From contig CAYIII010000001.1 in assembly GCA_964363475.1 (NCBI GenBank), forward strand, positions 2,170-66,169: a stretch of 64,000 bases of DNA. Direction: 5' to 3'. The stretch's first letter is position 1. Each line of letters begins with the position of its first letter. Shown piece after piece: positions 36,733-46,372 of this stretch. The DNA comes from an uncultured Candidatus Saccharibacteria bacterium (GTDB lineage: Bacteria; Patescibacteriota; Minisyncoccia; UBA6257; UBA11618). A program made the translations under genes and the position numbers. The notes beneath the pieces were generated by a model, which worked only from the letters and a program-made list of their open reading frames with translations, had not been told where the DNA came from and did no database searches.

Positions 36733-37636
36733 GCAATAGTCCCGAAACCAACCAAAATATTATCAGGCCGGAACGCAAAGTCCATAAAAAATGGTCAAAT
36801 AAACCAAGTAAAACTAATGCCAGAAGCATTATTTTCAAATTTCCAATTTCCATCCGCCAACTGGCAGGCCAATTTCCAATAAATAAATAAATTAAAAAAA
36901 TAAGAAATAACGAAAAACCAACCAGCCCTATTTCTACCGCAATAGTTAAATATAAATTATGAATGGGACGCTCGCCCATCGCAAAAGTTAAGCCGTGACC
37001 AAACCACGGTTTTTCTTTTATTTTTTCCCAAGCAAATTGATAATCGCTTAAACGGTTCTGTACGGAAAAGTCCTGATAATTAAAATTAACGCGGGGGAAA
37101 ATCGCCCAAGAAAACATCAAGCTCAAAGTTACGAACGTTAAAAAAACAATTAATAATAAGTCCTTATTATAATTAATTAAAAGAAAAAGCGCGCTTGCCA
37201 TTATTCCCACAATCCAGCCGGCCCGAGAAAAAGTCAAAATCAATCCTAGCCAATTTATAAATATCGTCGCAACGAATAAGAATAAAAATTTTTTATTGTA
37301 CAGAAAATAAACGCTTAACAAACTTAAAACCAAAAAAGTGGCTAAAATATTGGGATGAGGAAACAAGCCATAGGCCCTTAATAACCGTCCCCCATCAATA
37401 AAAACCCGGGCCAAGTCCTTATTAAGAGGGCTTAAAAAGGACTCGCCTAAAAAATATAAACCCAAACTTTTATGAGAAACAAACTGAATCAAGCCAAGAA
37501 GAGATTGCAACGCGCCCAAAATCGTCAGACCAATAAATATCCGCCTTATTGATAAAAAATTTTTATTTGCCCTTATTTCCATTGGAAAGGGCCGCTTTTT
37601 TAACCACCCTATCTTCCAAAAACCAAAGAAAAACAA
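36707..37636 (-). CDS. O-antigen ligase-like (Wzy_C) membrane protein
   Basis: Multi-TM protein; contains the in-frame palindromic repeat at 36841-36880 encoding NWPASWRMEIGN. Confidence 0.5.
   Translation of the reverse strand: MFFFGFWKIGWLKKRPFPMEIRANKNFLSIRRIFIGLTILGALQSLLGLIQFVSHKSLGLYFLGESFLSPLNKDLARVFIDGGRLLRAYGLFPHPNILATFLVLSLLSVYFLYNKKFLFLFVATIFINWLGLILTFSRAGWIVGIMASALFLLINYNKDLLLIVFLTFVTLSLMFSWAIFPRVNFNYQDFSVQNRLSDYQFAWEKIKEKPWFGHGLTFAMGERPIHNLYLTIAVEIGLVGFSLFLIFLIYLFIGNWPASWRMEIGNLKIMLLALVLLGLFDHFLWTLRSGLIIFWLVSGLLLTSRVWRK
36841..36880. repeat. Intragenic palindromic repeat element #4, in opposite orientation relative to the host gene compared with copies #1 and #3
   Basis: + strand reads TTCCAATTTCCA-TCCGCCAACTGGCAGG-CCAATTTCCAA, the reverse complement of the GGAAATTGG-core-GGAAATTGG arrangement. 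Confidence 0.8.
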
Positions 37637-38015
37637 AAACCGCGAGAGTAAGTCCCGTAGAAAAAATCGCTATGGAATACAAGCTGTAAGCTACAGACAT
37701 GCCAATGGCGGCCGCTACCCACAAGCCAGCGGCGGTTGTTAGTCCATGAACTCGGGACTCATAAAAAATAATAGAGCCAGCCCCCAAAAAACCAATGCCC
37801 ACCACCACTTGAGAAGCTATGCGAGACGGGTCAAAACCCGGCATACCCCAAAATTCGGGAAAGGCATGTTTAGACATCAAAGAAAATAACGCCGCTCCCA
37901 ATGACACCAGCGCGTAAGTGCGAACTCCGGCCACCTTTCCGGCTAGTTGCCTTTCAACGCCCAAACTCGCCCCTAAAACAACAGCTAAAACTAATTGCAA
38001 ATAAACTTCATTCAT
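37563..38015 (-). CDS. MgtC/SapB family membrane protein
   Basis: LGASLGVERQ...GVRTYALVSLG signature. Confidence 0.75.
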   Translation of the reverse strand: MNEVYLQLVLAVVLGASLGVERQLAGKVAGVRTYALVSLGAALFSLMSKHAFPEFWGMPGFDPSRIASQVVVGIGFLGAGSIIFYESRVHGLTTAAGLWVAAAIGMSVAYSLYSIAIFSTGLTLAVFVFLWFLEDRVVKKAALSNGNKGK

Positions 38016-38026
38016 AATATTTACTG

Positions 38027-38605
38027 TTAATGTTTATCATTTTTTTCTTGCTCTATCATTTCCACAACCATCTTTAATAATTCCTTAGGGTCAGAAGAGA
38101 AAACAACCTTCCCAAATCCGCGATGAGATTTAGTTAATAATTCGCGTATAAAATCCGCAGTTCCATTACTCCCCTCAAGAACGCCAATGGGCTTTCTGTC
38201 TTCAAAGGCAATAGTAAATTCATTTAACGTTCCTATTCTTCCGCAAATAATAATCACGGCGTCTGATGAACGAACTAATAATAAATTGCGGCCGGCATAA
38301 TCAAAGCCGGTAAAAACAATCGTATCGTGATAGTCCACCGGCAAACGATAGGACTTGATATGAGCAGTTTCGGAAGCGGCCGGAGAAAAACCTATTACCG
38401 TGCCTCCCTCTTTTTTCGCCCCCTTAGCCCCCCAATAAGGAACGCCCGTAGTAGCTCCGGTTACTAAAATAAAACCGGCTTTAGCAACTTCCGCCCCCAT
38501 CTTTTCGGCATTTTCCAAAGTATCTAAGGAACAATGCCCTGTTTCAGCGGCGCCGGAAATACAAATTTTATGTTTAATATTAGATAAACGCTTTCTGCCT
38601 GCCAC
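38027..38605 (-). CDS. TIGR00725/LOG-family Rossmann-fold protein
   Basis: GGxGxMG-like core (VTGATTGVPYWGAKGA), SLOG-type fold pattern. Confidence 0.55.
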   Translation of the reverse strand: MAGRKRLSNIKHKICISGAAETGHCSLDTLENAEKMGAEVAKAGFILVTGATTGVPYWGAKGAKKEGGTVIGFSPAASETAHIKSYRLPVDYHDTIVFTGFDYAGRNLLLVRSSDAVIIICGRIGTLNEFTIAFEDRKPIGVLEGSNGTADFIRELLTKSHRGFGKVVFSSDPKELLKMVVEMIEQEKNDKH

Positions 38606-38619
38606 GGTTTTATTATAAC

Positions 38620-40011
38620 TTATTTTAATTCATAAGAAACATTAAGGTCTGGAAGCATAGCGTTAATTGCCAACTCATCTTTCAATGCCTGCGCCAAAAC
38701 ATTGCCTTCTTTTTCTTCGCCTTGAACTAAAAATATATTTTTTAAATTTTGTCTTTGCGGCTTAATCCAATTTAATAATTGCGGTTTGTCGGCATGAGCG
38801 GAATAACCGCTAATGGCCTTAACCTTGCAATTCACATTAATCTCCTCGCCAAATATCTTAACTTTTTTCTCTCCATCCAATAATTTTCTTCCCAACGAAC
38901 CCATAGCTTGATAACCAACCACAAGCAATGTGCTGTTTGGGTCCGATAAATAACGGCGCTCGTGATGTAAAATTCTCCCGCCATTAGACATGCCGGAACC
39001 GGCAATAATCACCTTTGGAGGCAAGACATCATTAATTGATTTGGACTCTTCGGTAGTTAAGGTTGTCTTCAGGCCAGGAAAATTAAAATGCATACTGCCG
39101 TCAATCAAATAGCGGCGATTTTTCTCATAAACTTCGGTCAATTTAATCGCCAAAGGACTGTCAATAAAAACCGGGATTCTTGGAATTCGCTTTTGTTCAA
39201 CTAATTGGTCAATTTCAAAAATCATTTCCTGCGTTCGTTCCATGGCAAAAGCCGGAATCATTAAAACCCCATTACTTCTGACCACGTCCTCAATCAGGTC
39301 CTCAATGATTTCTTTTCTTTTTTCCAGGTCCTCGTGAATTCTGCCGCCATAAGTGGATTCCATTACGCAATAATCGGCCTCCGGCAATTCTTCTTTTGAG
39401 CCCAATAGCGGAGCCGGACTATTTCCCAAATCACCCGAAAAAACAATTTTAGTCCTTCCGTTATCAACAAGTATAAAACTTGAGCCCAAAATATGGCCAG
39501 CATTGTATAATCTCACTGATAAATTATCTATCTTAATGGATTGGTGATATTCCACTCCTTCCCATAATTGCATCGTCAATGAAATATCATTTGATGTGTA
39601 CAGTAATGGCTTATTTTTTTTATCAGCTTCTTGAGATAGAATATGCTCCGAATCCAAAAGTAAAAGCCCCGAGGCGTCTCTGGTGGGGGGAGTGGAAAAA
39701 ATTTTTCCGCCAAATCCCGATTTAACTAATTGAGGCAAGCGTCCAATGTGGTCAATATGAGAATGAGTAACAAAGACCGCTTTTATTTCTTTGGGGTCAT
39801 ACAAAAACGGCTCCCAATTATGGGCTTCGCAATAACTGCTTCCCTGATGCAATCCGCAATCTATCAAAATTTTAGTATCGCCATCTTCTAGCAAATAATT
39901 TGCTCCGGTAACCGATTTGACCGCCCCGTAGAAAGTTATCTTCATATGACAGATAATACCACTTGCTTGTCGCTCCAGGGAATTTTTTGGTTGTTTTTTT
40001 TGTGAATCCAC
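38620..40011 (-). CDS. MBL-fold beta-CASP ribonuclease (RNase J/CPSF-like)
   Basis: VTHSHIDHIG motif, beta-CASP region, C-terminal RNA-metabolising MBL domain. Confidence 0.7.
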   Translation of the reverse strand: MDSQKKQPKNSLERQASGIICHMKITFYGAVKSVTGANYLLEDGDTKILIDCGLHQGSSYCEAHNWEPFLYDPKEIKAVFVTHSHIDHIGRLPQLVKSGFGGKIFSTPPTRDASGLLLLDSEHILSQEADKKNKPLLYTSNDISLTMQLWEGVEYHQSIKIDNLSVRLYNAGHILGSSFILVDNGRTKIVFSGDLGNSPAPLLGSKEELPEADYCVMESTYGGRIHEDLEKRKEIIEDLIEDVVRSNGVLMIPAFAMERTQEMIFEIDQLVEQKRIPRIPVFIDSPLAIKLTEVYEKNRRYLIDGSMHFNFPGLKTTLTTEESKSINDVLPPKVIIAGSGMSNGGRILHHERRYLSDPNSTLLVVGYQAMGSLGRKLLDGEKKVKIFGEEINVNCKVKAISGYSAHADKPQLLNWIKPQRQNLKNIFLVQGEEKEGNVLAQALKDELAINAMLPDLNVSYELK

Positions 40012-41111
40012 CGCTCACTGCCCTTTCCGGTAATTGCCACGACATCGCCGGGCCCAGCCAAACTAACAGCTTTTTTAATAGCTTCTTTTCTGTCCAATAT
40101 TTTTTGAGCCCGAGGACAACCCGCGGCTATTTCATTAATAATGTCTTCCAGTTCTTCATTATATGAATCTTCATCCGTCAAGATGATTTCATCGCAATAT
40201 TGCCCGGCAATTTTACCCATTTCCGGACGCTTCCATTTATCTCTCCCCCCACCGGCCGCGCCTAATACACATATTAATTTGGAAATTGGTCCGCCAACTG
40301 GCGGATGGGAATTGGGATTTTTTTCTCTAAGGGCCTCATAAACTTTACGCAAAGAGTCCGGCGTATGAGCATAATCCAAAACCACGGCAAATGGTTCTTT
40401 TTTTAAAAATTCCATTCTTCCGGAAATTCCGGAGAACTCGCCCACGGCTTCTTTAATAATATCGCGCGCAATGCCTCGCGATTCCGCGAAAGCGACGGCG
40501 GCGCCGATATTATATTTATTAAAATCGCCAATTAAATTGGAAAACAAATCGCTTTTTTCATAAAGAATAATTTTTCCTCCTCCAACGGCATCTATGAAAT
40601 CTTTTGAGCTAGCATCGTCTTTATTAATTATAAATAATTTTGAGAATCCACTGCCCGCATACCTAAAAAAATCTAATTTGGCTTTTTTATAATTATCAAA
40701 CGAACCATGGGCTTCAATGTGTTCTGGAGACAAATTAGTAAAAATAACAGCATCCCACTTGATAAAACGGTGGCGACTTTGTGAAACCCCTTGAGAAGTT
40801 ACTTCTATTAGAGCGTAATCACATTTACCGACAACCGCTTTCTTCAAAAATCTTTGCAAGAAAAATCTTCCGGGCATTGTCATGGAGGACTCACCATTAC
40901 GCAAAGAAGAACTTACGGCTACTTTCTTTCCCGCTTTTTCTAAAATAAAAGCCGTAAGCTCTAAAACGGTGGACTTTCCTTTTGTGCCCGTAACACCTAA
41001 AACAAAAATGTTCCTTGAGGGAAAATCGCAGAATAAAGCGGCAAAAAAAGACCATAACCAGTGATAGATAAAAACCAGCCAAGAAAAACGATAAAATATC
41101 TTTCTAATCAT
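39942..41111 (-). CDS. Mur ligase family protein (MurE/MurF-like UDP-N-acetylmuramoyl peptide ligase)
   Basis: P-loop VLGVTGTKGKSTV, Mur ligase middle and C domains. In-frame palindromic repeat at 40281-40320 encoding KNPNSHPPVGGPISKL. Confidence 0.6.
   Translation of the reverse strand: MIRKIFYRFSWLVFIYHWLWSFFAALFCDFPSRNIFVLGVTGTKGKSTVLELTAFILEKAGKKVAVSSSLRNGESSMTMPGRFFLQRFLKKAVVGKCDYALIEVTSQGVSQSRHRFIKWDAVIFTNLSPEHIEAHGSFDNYKKAKLDFFRYAGSGFSKLFIINKDDASSKDFIDAVGGGKIILYEKSDLFSNLIGDFNKYNIGAAVAFAESRGIARDIIKEAVGEFSGISGRMEFLKKEPFAVVLDYAHTPDSLRKVYEALREKNPNSHPPVGGPISKLICVLGAAGGGRDKWKRPEMGKIAGQYCDEIILTDEDSYNEELEDIINEIAAGCPRAQKILDRKEAIKKAVSLAGPGDVVAITGKGSERWIHKKNNQKIPWSDKQVVLSVI
40281..40320. repeat. 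Intragenic palindromic repeat element #2 (GGAAATTGG-TCCGCCAACTGGCGGA-TGGGAATTGGGATTT)
   Basis: Direct reading; shares the core and flanks with #1, #3, #4 and ends in the TTGGGATTT motif. Confidence 0.8.
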
Positions 41112-41689
41112 TTGCTTTTAATAATCTTAAGCGCGGCCATAAGTCGCGTCTCTAATCCTTTAATTTGAGAATCCAGTTGAGCAATGCCGCGTTGCGCTTG
41201 CTGCTTAGAATACCCCAAGCTCACCAAGGCCTCTTCCAGGTCCAAGTCGGATTCCATTAATCTCACTGTGCCGGCGGAATTTAAAGATGCCAATTTGCCT
41301 TTTAATTCTAAAATAATTCTTTCTCCAGTTTTCTTTCCAATTCCCGATGCTCTGGTCAATAAATCAATTTTCCCTTCATTAATGGCGGCAATCAAATTAT
41401 CCGAGGAGGATATCGCCATAACGCCCAAAGCGGTCTTGGGGCCAACGCCGTTAACTTGAATTAATTTTTCAAATAAATGCAGGTCCGATTCGTCTAAAAA
41501 TCCATATAAATCCAAAGCGTCTTCTTTGACGTGTAAATAAGAAAATAAACTGACACCGCTTCCCGTTAAGGGTAAATTTTTTGCGGTCCTGTGAGTGATA
41601 AAAACTTTATACCCTATTCCGCCGGCGCTAACTACCGCGAAGTTTTCCTTTTTAGACAATAATTGACCCGATAGAAAATAAATCATTTT
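41108..41689 (-). CDS. ruvA: Holliday junction DNA helicase RuvA
   Basis: Start placed at MIYFLSGQLL (typical RuvA N-terminus); the upstream in-frame extension is probably not translated. HhH motifs present. Confidence 0.8.
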   Translation of the reverse strand, partial: KMIYFLSGQLLSKKENFAVVSAGGIGYKVFITHRTAKNLPLTGSGVSLFSYLHVKEDALDLYGFLDESDLHLFEKLIQVNGVGPKTALGVMAISSSDNLIAAINEGKIDLLTRASGIGKKTGERIILELKGKLASLNSAGTVRLMESDLDLEEALVSLGYSKQQAQRGIAQLDSQIKGLETRLMAALKIIKSK

Positions 41690-41783
41690 ATAGTGAGCTT
41701 GTCCTGAGCCGCGCCGAAGGGCTTGTCGAACTATTGCTTCCATAATATAGGACTTTATGGCATAATTCCAGCTCATTTCAAAT

Positions 41784-43547
41784 ATGAGCTTCCAGCTAAT
41801 ATCACAATTCACGCCGCAAGGAGACCAGCCCCAAGCAATCGCAAAACTTGTTGATGGCGTTGAAAAAAATTTTAAAAATCAGGTTTTGTTAGGTATAACC
41901 GGCTCAGGCAAGACCTTCACGATGGCTTCAGTAATTAAAAAATTAAAAATGCCCGCCCTGGTAATTTCCCCGAACAAAACCCTTGCCGCCCAGCTATACC
42001 AGGAATTCAAATCTTTTTTCCCCAATAATGCCATCCAGTATTTTGTATCTTACTATGATTATTACCAACCAGAGGCCTATCTGCCTTTAAGCAATACTTA
42101 TATACAAAAAGAGGCCCGCGTAAATGCCGAAATTGATAAGTTGCGCCACGCAACTATCCAAAGCGTCTTAACAAGAAAAGACACACTGGTAGTGGCGTCT
42201 GTTTCTTGCATATACGGCATTGGCGACCCCGACCTCTATAAAAATGTAAGATTAGAATTAAGAGCCGGCCAAGTAATTAGCAGTCAGGACTTAATTCGCC
42301 ACCTTAATTTACTTCAATACCAAAGGAACGACAACGAACCGGGGTTGGGAGAATTTTCCGTAACAAATACGGCTAAAGGCAGCAGGATTTTTATTCATTT
42401 GGTAACCGACGAAAAAATTAATATTGAAATCAAAAAAAGGAAAATTACCTCATCCGCATCCATTTATCCGGCTAAATTTTGGGTTGCTCCGCAACACAAA
42501 TTTAATTTATCTTTACAAAATATAAAATCGGAAATGGAGCAAAGAATAGAAGAATTGCAATCCGCCAATAAATTTGAGGAAGCGGAACGGCTTGAAAAGA
42601 AAACATTATTTGACCTGGCAATGCTTAAAAAAAATAAATACGTAAACGGCATTGAAAATTATTCCCGCCATTTAAATTTTCGAACGCCGGGAGACCCGCC
42701 GTTAACTCTTTTGGATTACTTTCCCAAACCATTTTTATTATTTATAGACGAATCGCATATTTCCGTCCCCCAACTCAACGCCATGCAAGAAAGCGACCGC
42801 CGCCGCAAGCAAGTTTTGGTGGACTACGGTTTTCGTCTACCTTCGGCTCTTGATAATCGCCCGCTCACTTTCGTGGAGTTTAACCAAAAAATAGGACAAA
42901 CTATTTTTGTTTCCGCCACTCCAAGCCGCTATGAATTAGAAAGGGCAAAACAAAACGGACAAATAGCGGAACAATTAGTTCGGCCCACCGGCATTTTAGA
43001 CCCAAAAATAAAAATAAGGTCCGCTCAAAATCAAGTTCACGATTTGCTTAAAGAAATCAAAATAAGAATTGATAAAAACGAAAGGGTCCTAGCGTTAACT
43101 TTAACTAAAAGAGCGTCCGAGGACTTAACAGAATTTTTATTAAAAAGGGGAATTAAAGCCAATTATCTGCATTCAGAAATAAAAACACTAAAAAGAACAG
43201 AAGTGTTGAGCTCGCTTCGCAGAGGAGAAATAGATGTGATTGTGGGAATAAACTTATTGAGAGAAGGACTGGATTTGCCGGAAGTAAGTTTGGTAGCCAT
43301 TTTAGACGCTGACCGCGAAGGATTTTTAAGAAGCCATCGCAGTTTGATTCAAATGGCCGGACGCGCCGCCCGCTCCATTAATGGCGAAGTTATTTTATAC
43401 GCCGATTTTATGACCGAATCAATAAAAAAGACAATTCTGGAAACAGTGAGACGGCGTAAAATACAAATAAAATACAATAAGCAAACTAACATAAAGCCGA
43501 AAGCAATAATAAAGGACGAATACGCGGTATTGTCAAAAACCCAATAA
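41784..43547 (+). CDS. uvrB: excinuclease ABC subunit B, short form lacking the C-terminal UvrC-interaction domain
   Basis: Walker A GITGSGKTFT, the beta-hairpin region, helicase motifs. Ends shortly after the last helicase motif (587 aa). Confidence 0.85.
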   Translation: MSFQLISQFTPQGDQPQAIAKLVDGVEKNFKNQVLLGITGSGKTFTMASVIKKLKMPALVISPNKTLAAQLYQEFKSFFPNNAIQYFVSYYDYYQPEAYLPLSNTYIQKEARVNAEIDKLRHATIQSVLTRKDTLVVASVSCIYGIGDPDLYKNVRLELRAGQVISSQDLIRHLNLLQYQRNDNEPGLGEFSVTNTAKGSRIFIHLVTDEKINIEIKKRKITSSASIYPAKFWVAPQHKFNLSLQNIKSEMEQRIEELQSANKFEEAERLEKKTLFDLAMLKKNKYVNGIENYSRHLNFRTPGDPPLTLLDYFPKPFLLFIDESHISVPQLNAMQESDRRRKQVLVDYGFRLPSALDNRPLTFVEFNQKIGQTIFVSATPSRYELERAKQNGQIAEQLVRPTGILDPKIKIRSAQNQVHDLLKEIKIRIDKNERVLALTLTKRASEDLTEFLLKRGIKANYLHSEIKTLKRTEVLSSLRRGEIDVIVGINLLREGLDLPEVSLVAILDADREGFLRSHRSLIQMAGRAARSINGEVILYADFMTESIKKTILETVRRRKIQIKYNKQTNIKPKAIIKDEYAVLSKTQ

Positions 43548-43565
43548 TCAATTAGTATAACTGGC

Positions 43566-43820
43566 ATGCCGATAACAAGTTCCGCTAAAAAGGCCTTAAG
43601 ACAAAATAGGAAAATTAGGGTCATTAACGAAAAGCGCAAAAAGAATCTTAAAGACACTATTAAAAAATTTAAAAAAGATTTAAAATCGGAAGGTTTGTCG
43701 TTAGTTTATCAAGCCCTAGATAAAGCCGCTAAAATGAATCTTATAAAGAAAAATAAGGCCTCTCGCCTAAAATCCCGCTTATCTCACTTGATAGCAAAAT
43801 CTGTTAAGGCGGTTTCGTAA
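43566..43820 (+). CDS. rpsT: 30S ribosomal protein S20
   Basis: MPITSSAKKALRQNRKIRVINEKRK... typical S20. Confidence 0.85.
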   Translation: MPITSSAKKALRQNRKIRVINEKRKKNLKDTIKKFKKDLKSEGLSLVYQALDKAAKMNLIKKNKASRLKSRLSHLIAKSVKAVS

Positions 43821-43828
43821 CAGGAGGA

Positions 43829-46372
43829 CTAGGGAAGAGGGATGCCACTTTCTATCTCTGAGAGAGAGCCGTCAATATATTCATAATTATAAAAACTGTC
43901 TATCACCCAGTAAGGAAGCGCCCTCACATAACTCGGCAGTCCTCCTTGTTCCTTTTCATATAACTCCGCAAATTCTCCTACTAATCTTTCGGTTTCTTCT
44001 ACTAAGAGACGTCTCATAAATTCACATCTTTTTTCTTCATCAGCTATATACTCACTGTCACCCACCTTAGAAAGCAATGACTTAGCTTGATGCTCATCAA
44101 TAGGAAAACCATATTCTCTTAAGAGAAATCCGAAAGCTCTTGCCGTTAATAAAGGGTCCTCTAATAAGAGGTCGCTTCCCGTTCTTCTGCTTTTCTTATA
44201 AAAAAGGTTTAACTCTTCACAAGGTATACAATACACCATAGAAACATCCGGGATATTGACGCCTTTCTCGGCCAACCACCTATCTCTAAGCTCAACAAGA
44301 GTACCGATATTGCCAACATTACCAACAATAGTAACGGGGGCGGAAGTAAGGGCCCTACCAAAAACACCTAGCCCCTTCCCCAAAGATGTCCACCAGCTTG
44401 TCGGGGGTTTTGGCGCAGTAACCGGAACTGTTGTAAGAGGTTTAACTACAATCCCCCTTGGTCCTGACTCTAAAGCTTTAAGTGGCTTGATATCGGGAAT
44501 ATCGGAAATTTGAGCCGGTTTAGAATAAACTTGTTTCCTTCGTATTCTAATGTCTGGTAGTTCTTGCCTTGCATCTACTACAAATAAGTCCGGAACCGTT
44601 GTTGGTCGAGACGGAAGACTAGGAAGCGCTTGTTTGGCATGCAAATCTAGCACCTTGCCCCTTGCATGTCTATATGCTCTATAAATATGTTCATCAACAA
44701 TCGATGGTGATAGCTTATTCCCTTGATTCCATTCATAGATTCTAGATTGAACAACTTCTTGTTGTGGAAGCGATAAATCATACATATATTTTTCAAATAA
44801 TTCTACTAACCTGCCCTCTTCCTTTCGAATGACAGGGAGTTGTTGAGTCTTCCTGGCGGCATTGACATAATGCGCTGGTCTAACATCTATTTGCGAAAAG
44901 GGCTTTCCCCCTCTCGCGTGCTCTTCAACTATTCGTCTTTGCGAGTCAGTAAAATATGATGGATGTTTTTCGACAGCTTCTAAAATCTTAATTTTATCTT
45001 TCGTACCTCCTTTTAAGTCGACACCTGCTTTTGTATCTACGCTATTAAAATATTTACTAATAACAAGCTGCCCTCCCCTAGGAGAAATTTCACGCATGGT
45101 CTCTGGTAAATGCCCCTCATCAATTAATTTATTTAAAATAGTTGTATAATCTAATTTATCTCCATTTTTCCAAGTTAATCTTAGTTCTGATACTCTCCGC
45201 TCAATTATAGTGATTTTTCCTTCATTAAACGCCTCAAGAATTAATCTCTTTGTTTCTTCTTCTTCTTTTAAAATATCAGGTAGCGTTGCAATCCTGGCCT
45301 GGATCGCATCCCAGCTTTCACTAACGACTTTTGGTTTTATCGATTCATTTTTAGCAATCTCTATAAAAGTATGCTTGCTGCCGTCTTCGCGACGGGTAAG
45401 ATAAGCTCTAGCAATATCTCTCATTCTGGAAGTAAAATACTGGGGATATTCATCAATGACGCTTAATAAGCGAGCTTCACTTTCTAAGTCAGAAAAAAGC
45501 GTAGCCGTTTTTGAAAGAGCGTCATTAAGAGAATTTCGAACGGATCTTACTGATAAATTAGTTCCGTATAACTTATTATACTCCAATGTTATTTCTGCTA
45601 CCGCGCCTCTACCAACAAAACCCTGATTAGTGTAAATTTCCATTATCCTATATTGTTGTTCGGTAAAAACTCCAGGATATTTGAGCAATAAATCCCCCAG
45701 AGGAGATCTAACTCCTATTGCTTTTTTGGAATCGTGTATATGTACAAGAATACCAGCGTAAGCATCCATTACTTCATCCACAGTCCAATCTAGTTCTTGA
45801 GCAATTTTAGTAAATAAATCACCTTGTTGATTTTCTGGCTTTAAAAGCGATTCTATAAGCTTTTTTTCGTCATGATTTTTCGGCAAAGAATTGGCATAAT
45901 CTTGAAAAGCTTTTTTAGAAAAAGGATGCTGTGAGGCAATCTCTGTTGGGACAATTAATGATATTTTATTTCCAGTTTTAATATTTTCGATGTAAAAATC
46001 GCTACCGGGTCCAGCTTGATATAATGGTAAATCCGTTCTATCGAATCTTATTCGAAATCCTAACTCCTCTATTTCCTTATAGTGATCACTGTAAACATCC
46101 AATATAGCTTCCGCTTTCGCATGGGACCTACTAAATGTTTCAGGTTCATACGACGAAACCTTATCCAAATTCAGCCACTTTTCTCCCGTTACTACATCTT
46201 CTTCGCCACCATATTTATTGTAAACCTTTTCTAAATCTGTACGAAATGCTTCCCACAATTCTTCTAACGATAGGGGAGCGGCCCAAGTTGCAGAAAATAC
46301 CACAAAAAATAGACAGTAAAATAAGGTTAACGATAGAAAGCCACGCATAGGTAAATCATAACATAATAGCAA
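43829..46372 (-). CDS. large hypothetical secreted or membrane-anchored protein (847 aa)
   Basis: N-terminal hydrophobic segment, Pro-rich linker (about aa 600-650), no recognisable catalytic motif. Confidence 0.45.
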   Translation of the reverse strand: MLLCYDLPMRGFLSLTLFYCLFFVVFSATWAAPLSLEELWEAFRTDLEKVYNKYGGEEDVVTGEKWLNLDKVSSYEPETFSRSHAKAEAILDVYSDHYKEIEELGFRIRFDRTDLPLYQAGPGSDFYIENIKTGNKISLIVPTEIASQHPFSKKAFQDYANSLPKNHDEKKLIESLLKPENQQGDLFTKIAQELDWTVDEVMDAYAGILVHIHDSKKAIGVRSPLGDLLLKYPGVFTEQQYRIMEIYTNQGFVGRGAVAEITLEYNKLYGTNLSVRSVRNSLNDALSKTATLFSDLESEARLLSVIDEYPQYFTSRMRDIARAYLTRREDGSKHTFIEIAKNESIKPKVVSESWDAIQARIATLPDILKEEEETKRLILEAFNEGKITIIERRVSELRLTWKNGDKLDYTTILNKLIDEGHLPETMREISPRGGQLVISKYFNSVDTKAGVDLKGGTKDKIKILEAVEKHPSYFTDSQRRIVEEHARGGKPFSQIDVRPAHYVNAARKTQQLPVIRKEEGRLVELFEKYMYDLSLPQQEVVQSRIYEWNQGNKLSPSIVDEHIYRAYRHARGKVLDLHAKQALPSLPSRPTTVPDLFVVDARQELPDIRIRRKQVYSKPAQISDIPDIKPLKALESGPRGIVVKPLTTVPVTAPKPPTSWWTSLGKGLGVFGRALTSAPVTIVGNVGNIGTLVELRDRWLAEKGVNIPDVSMVYCIPCEELNLFYKKSRRTGSDLLLEDPLLTARAFGFLLREYGFPIDEHQAKSLLSKVGDSEYIADEEKRCEFMRRLLVEETERLVGEFAELYEKEQGGLPSYVRALPYWVIDSFYNYEYIDGSLSEIESGIPLP

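Noticed and set aside
41690-41812. N-terminal 41-aa extension of ruvA in the listed ORF (MNCDISWKLIFEMSWNYAIKSYIM...)
   Set aside because: Canonical RuvA begins at the internal MIYFLSGQL. The extension overlaps uvrB and lacks homology.
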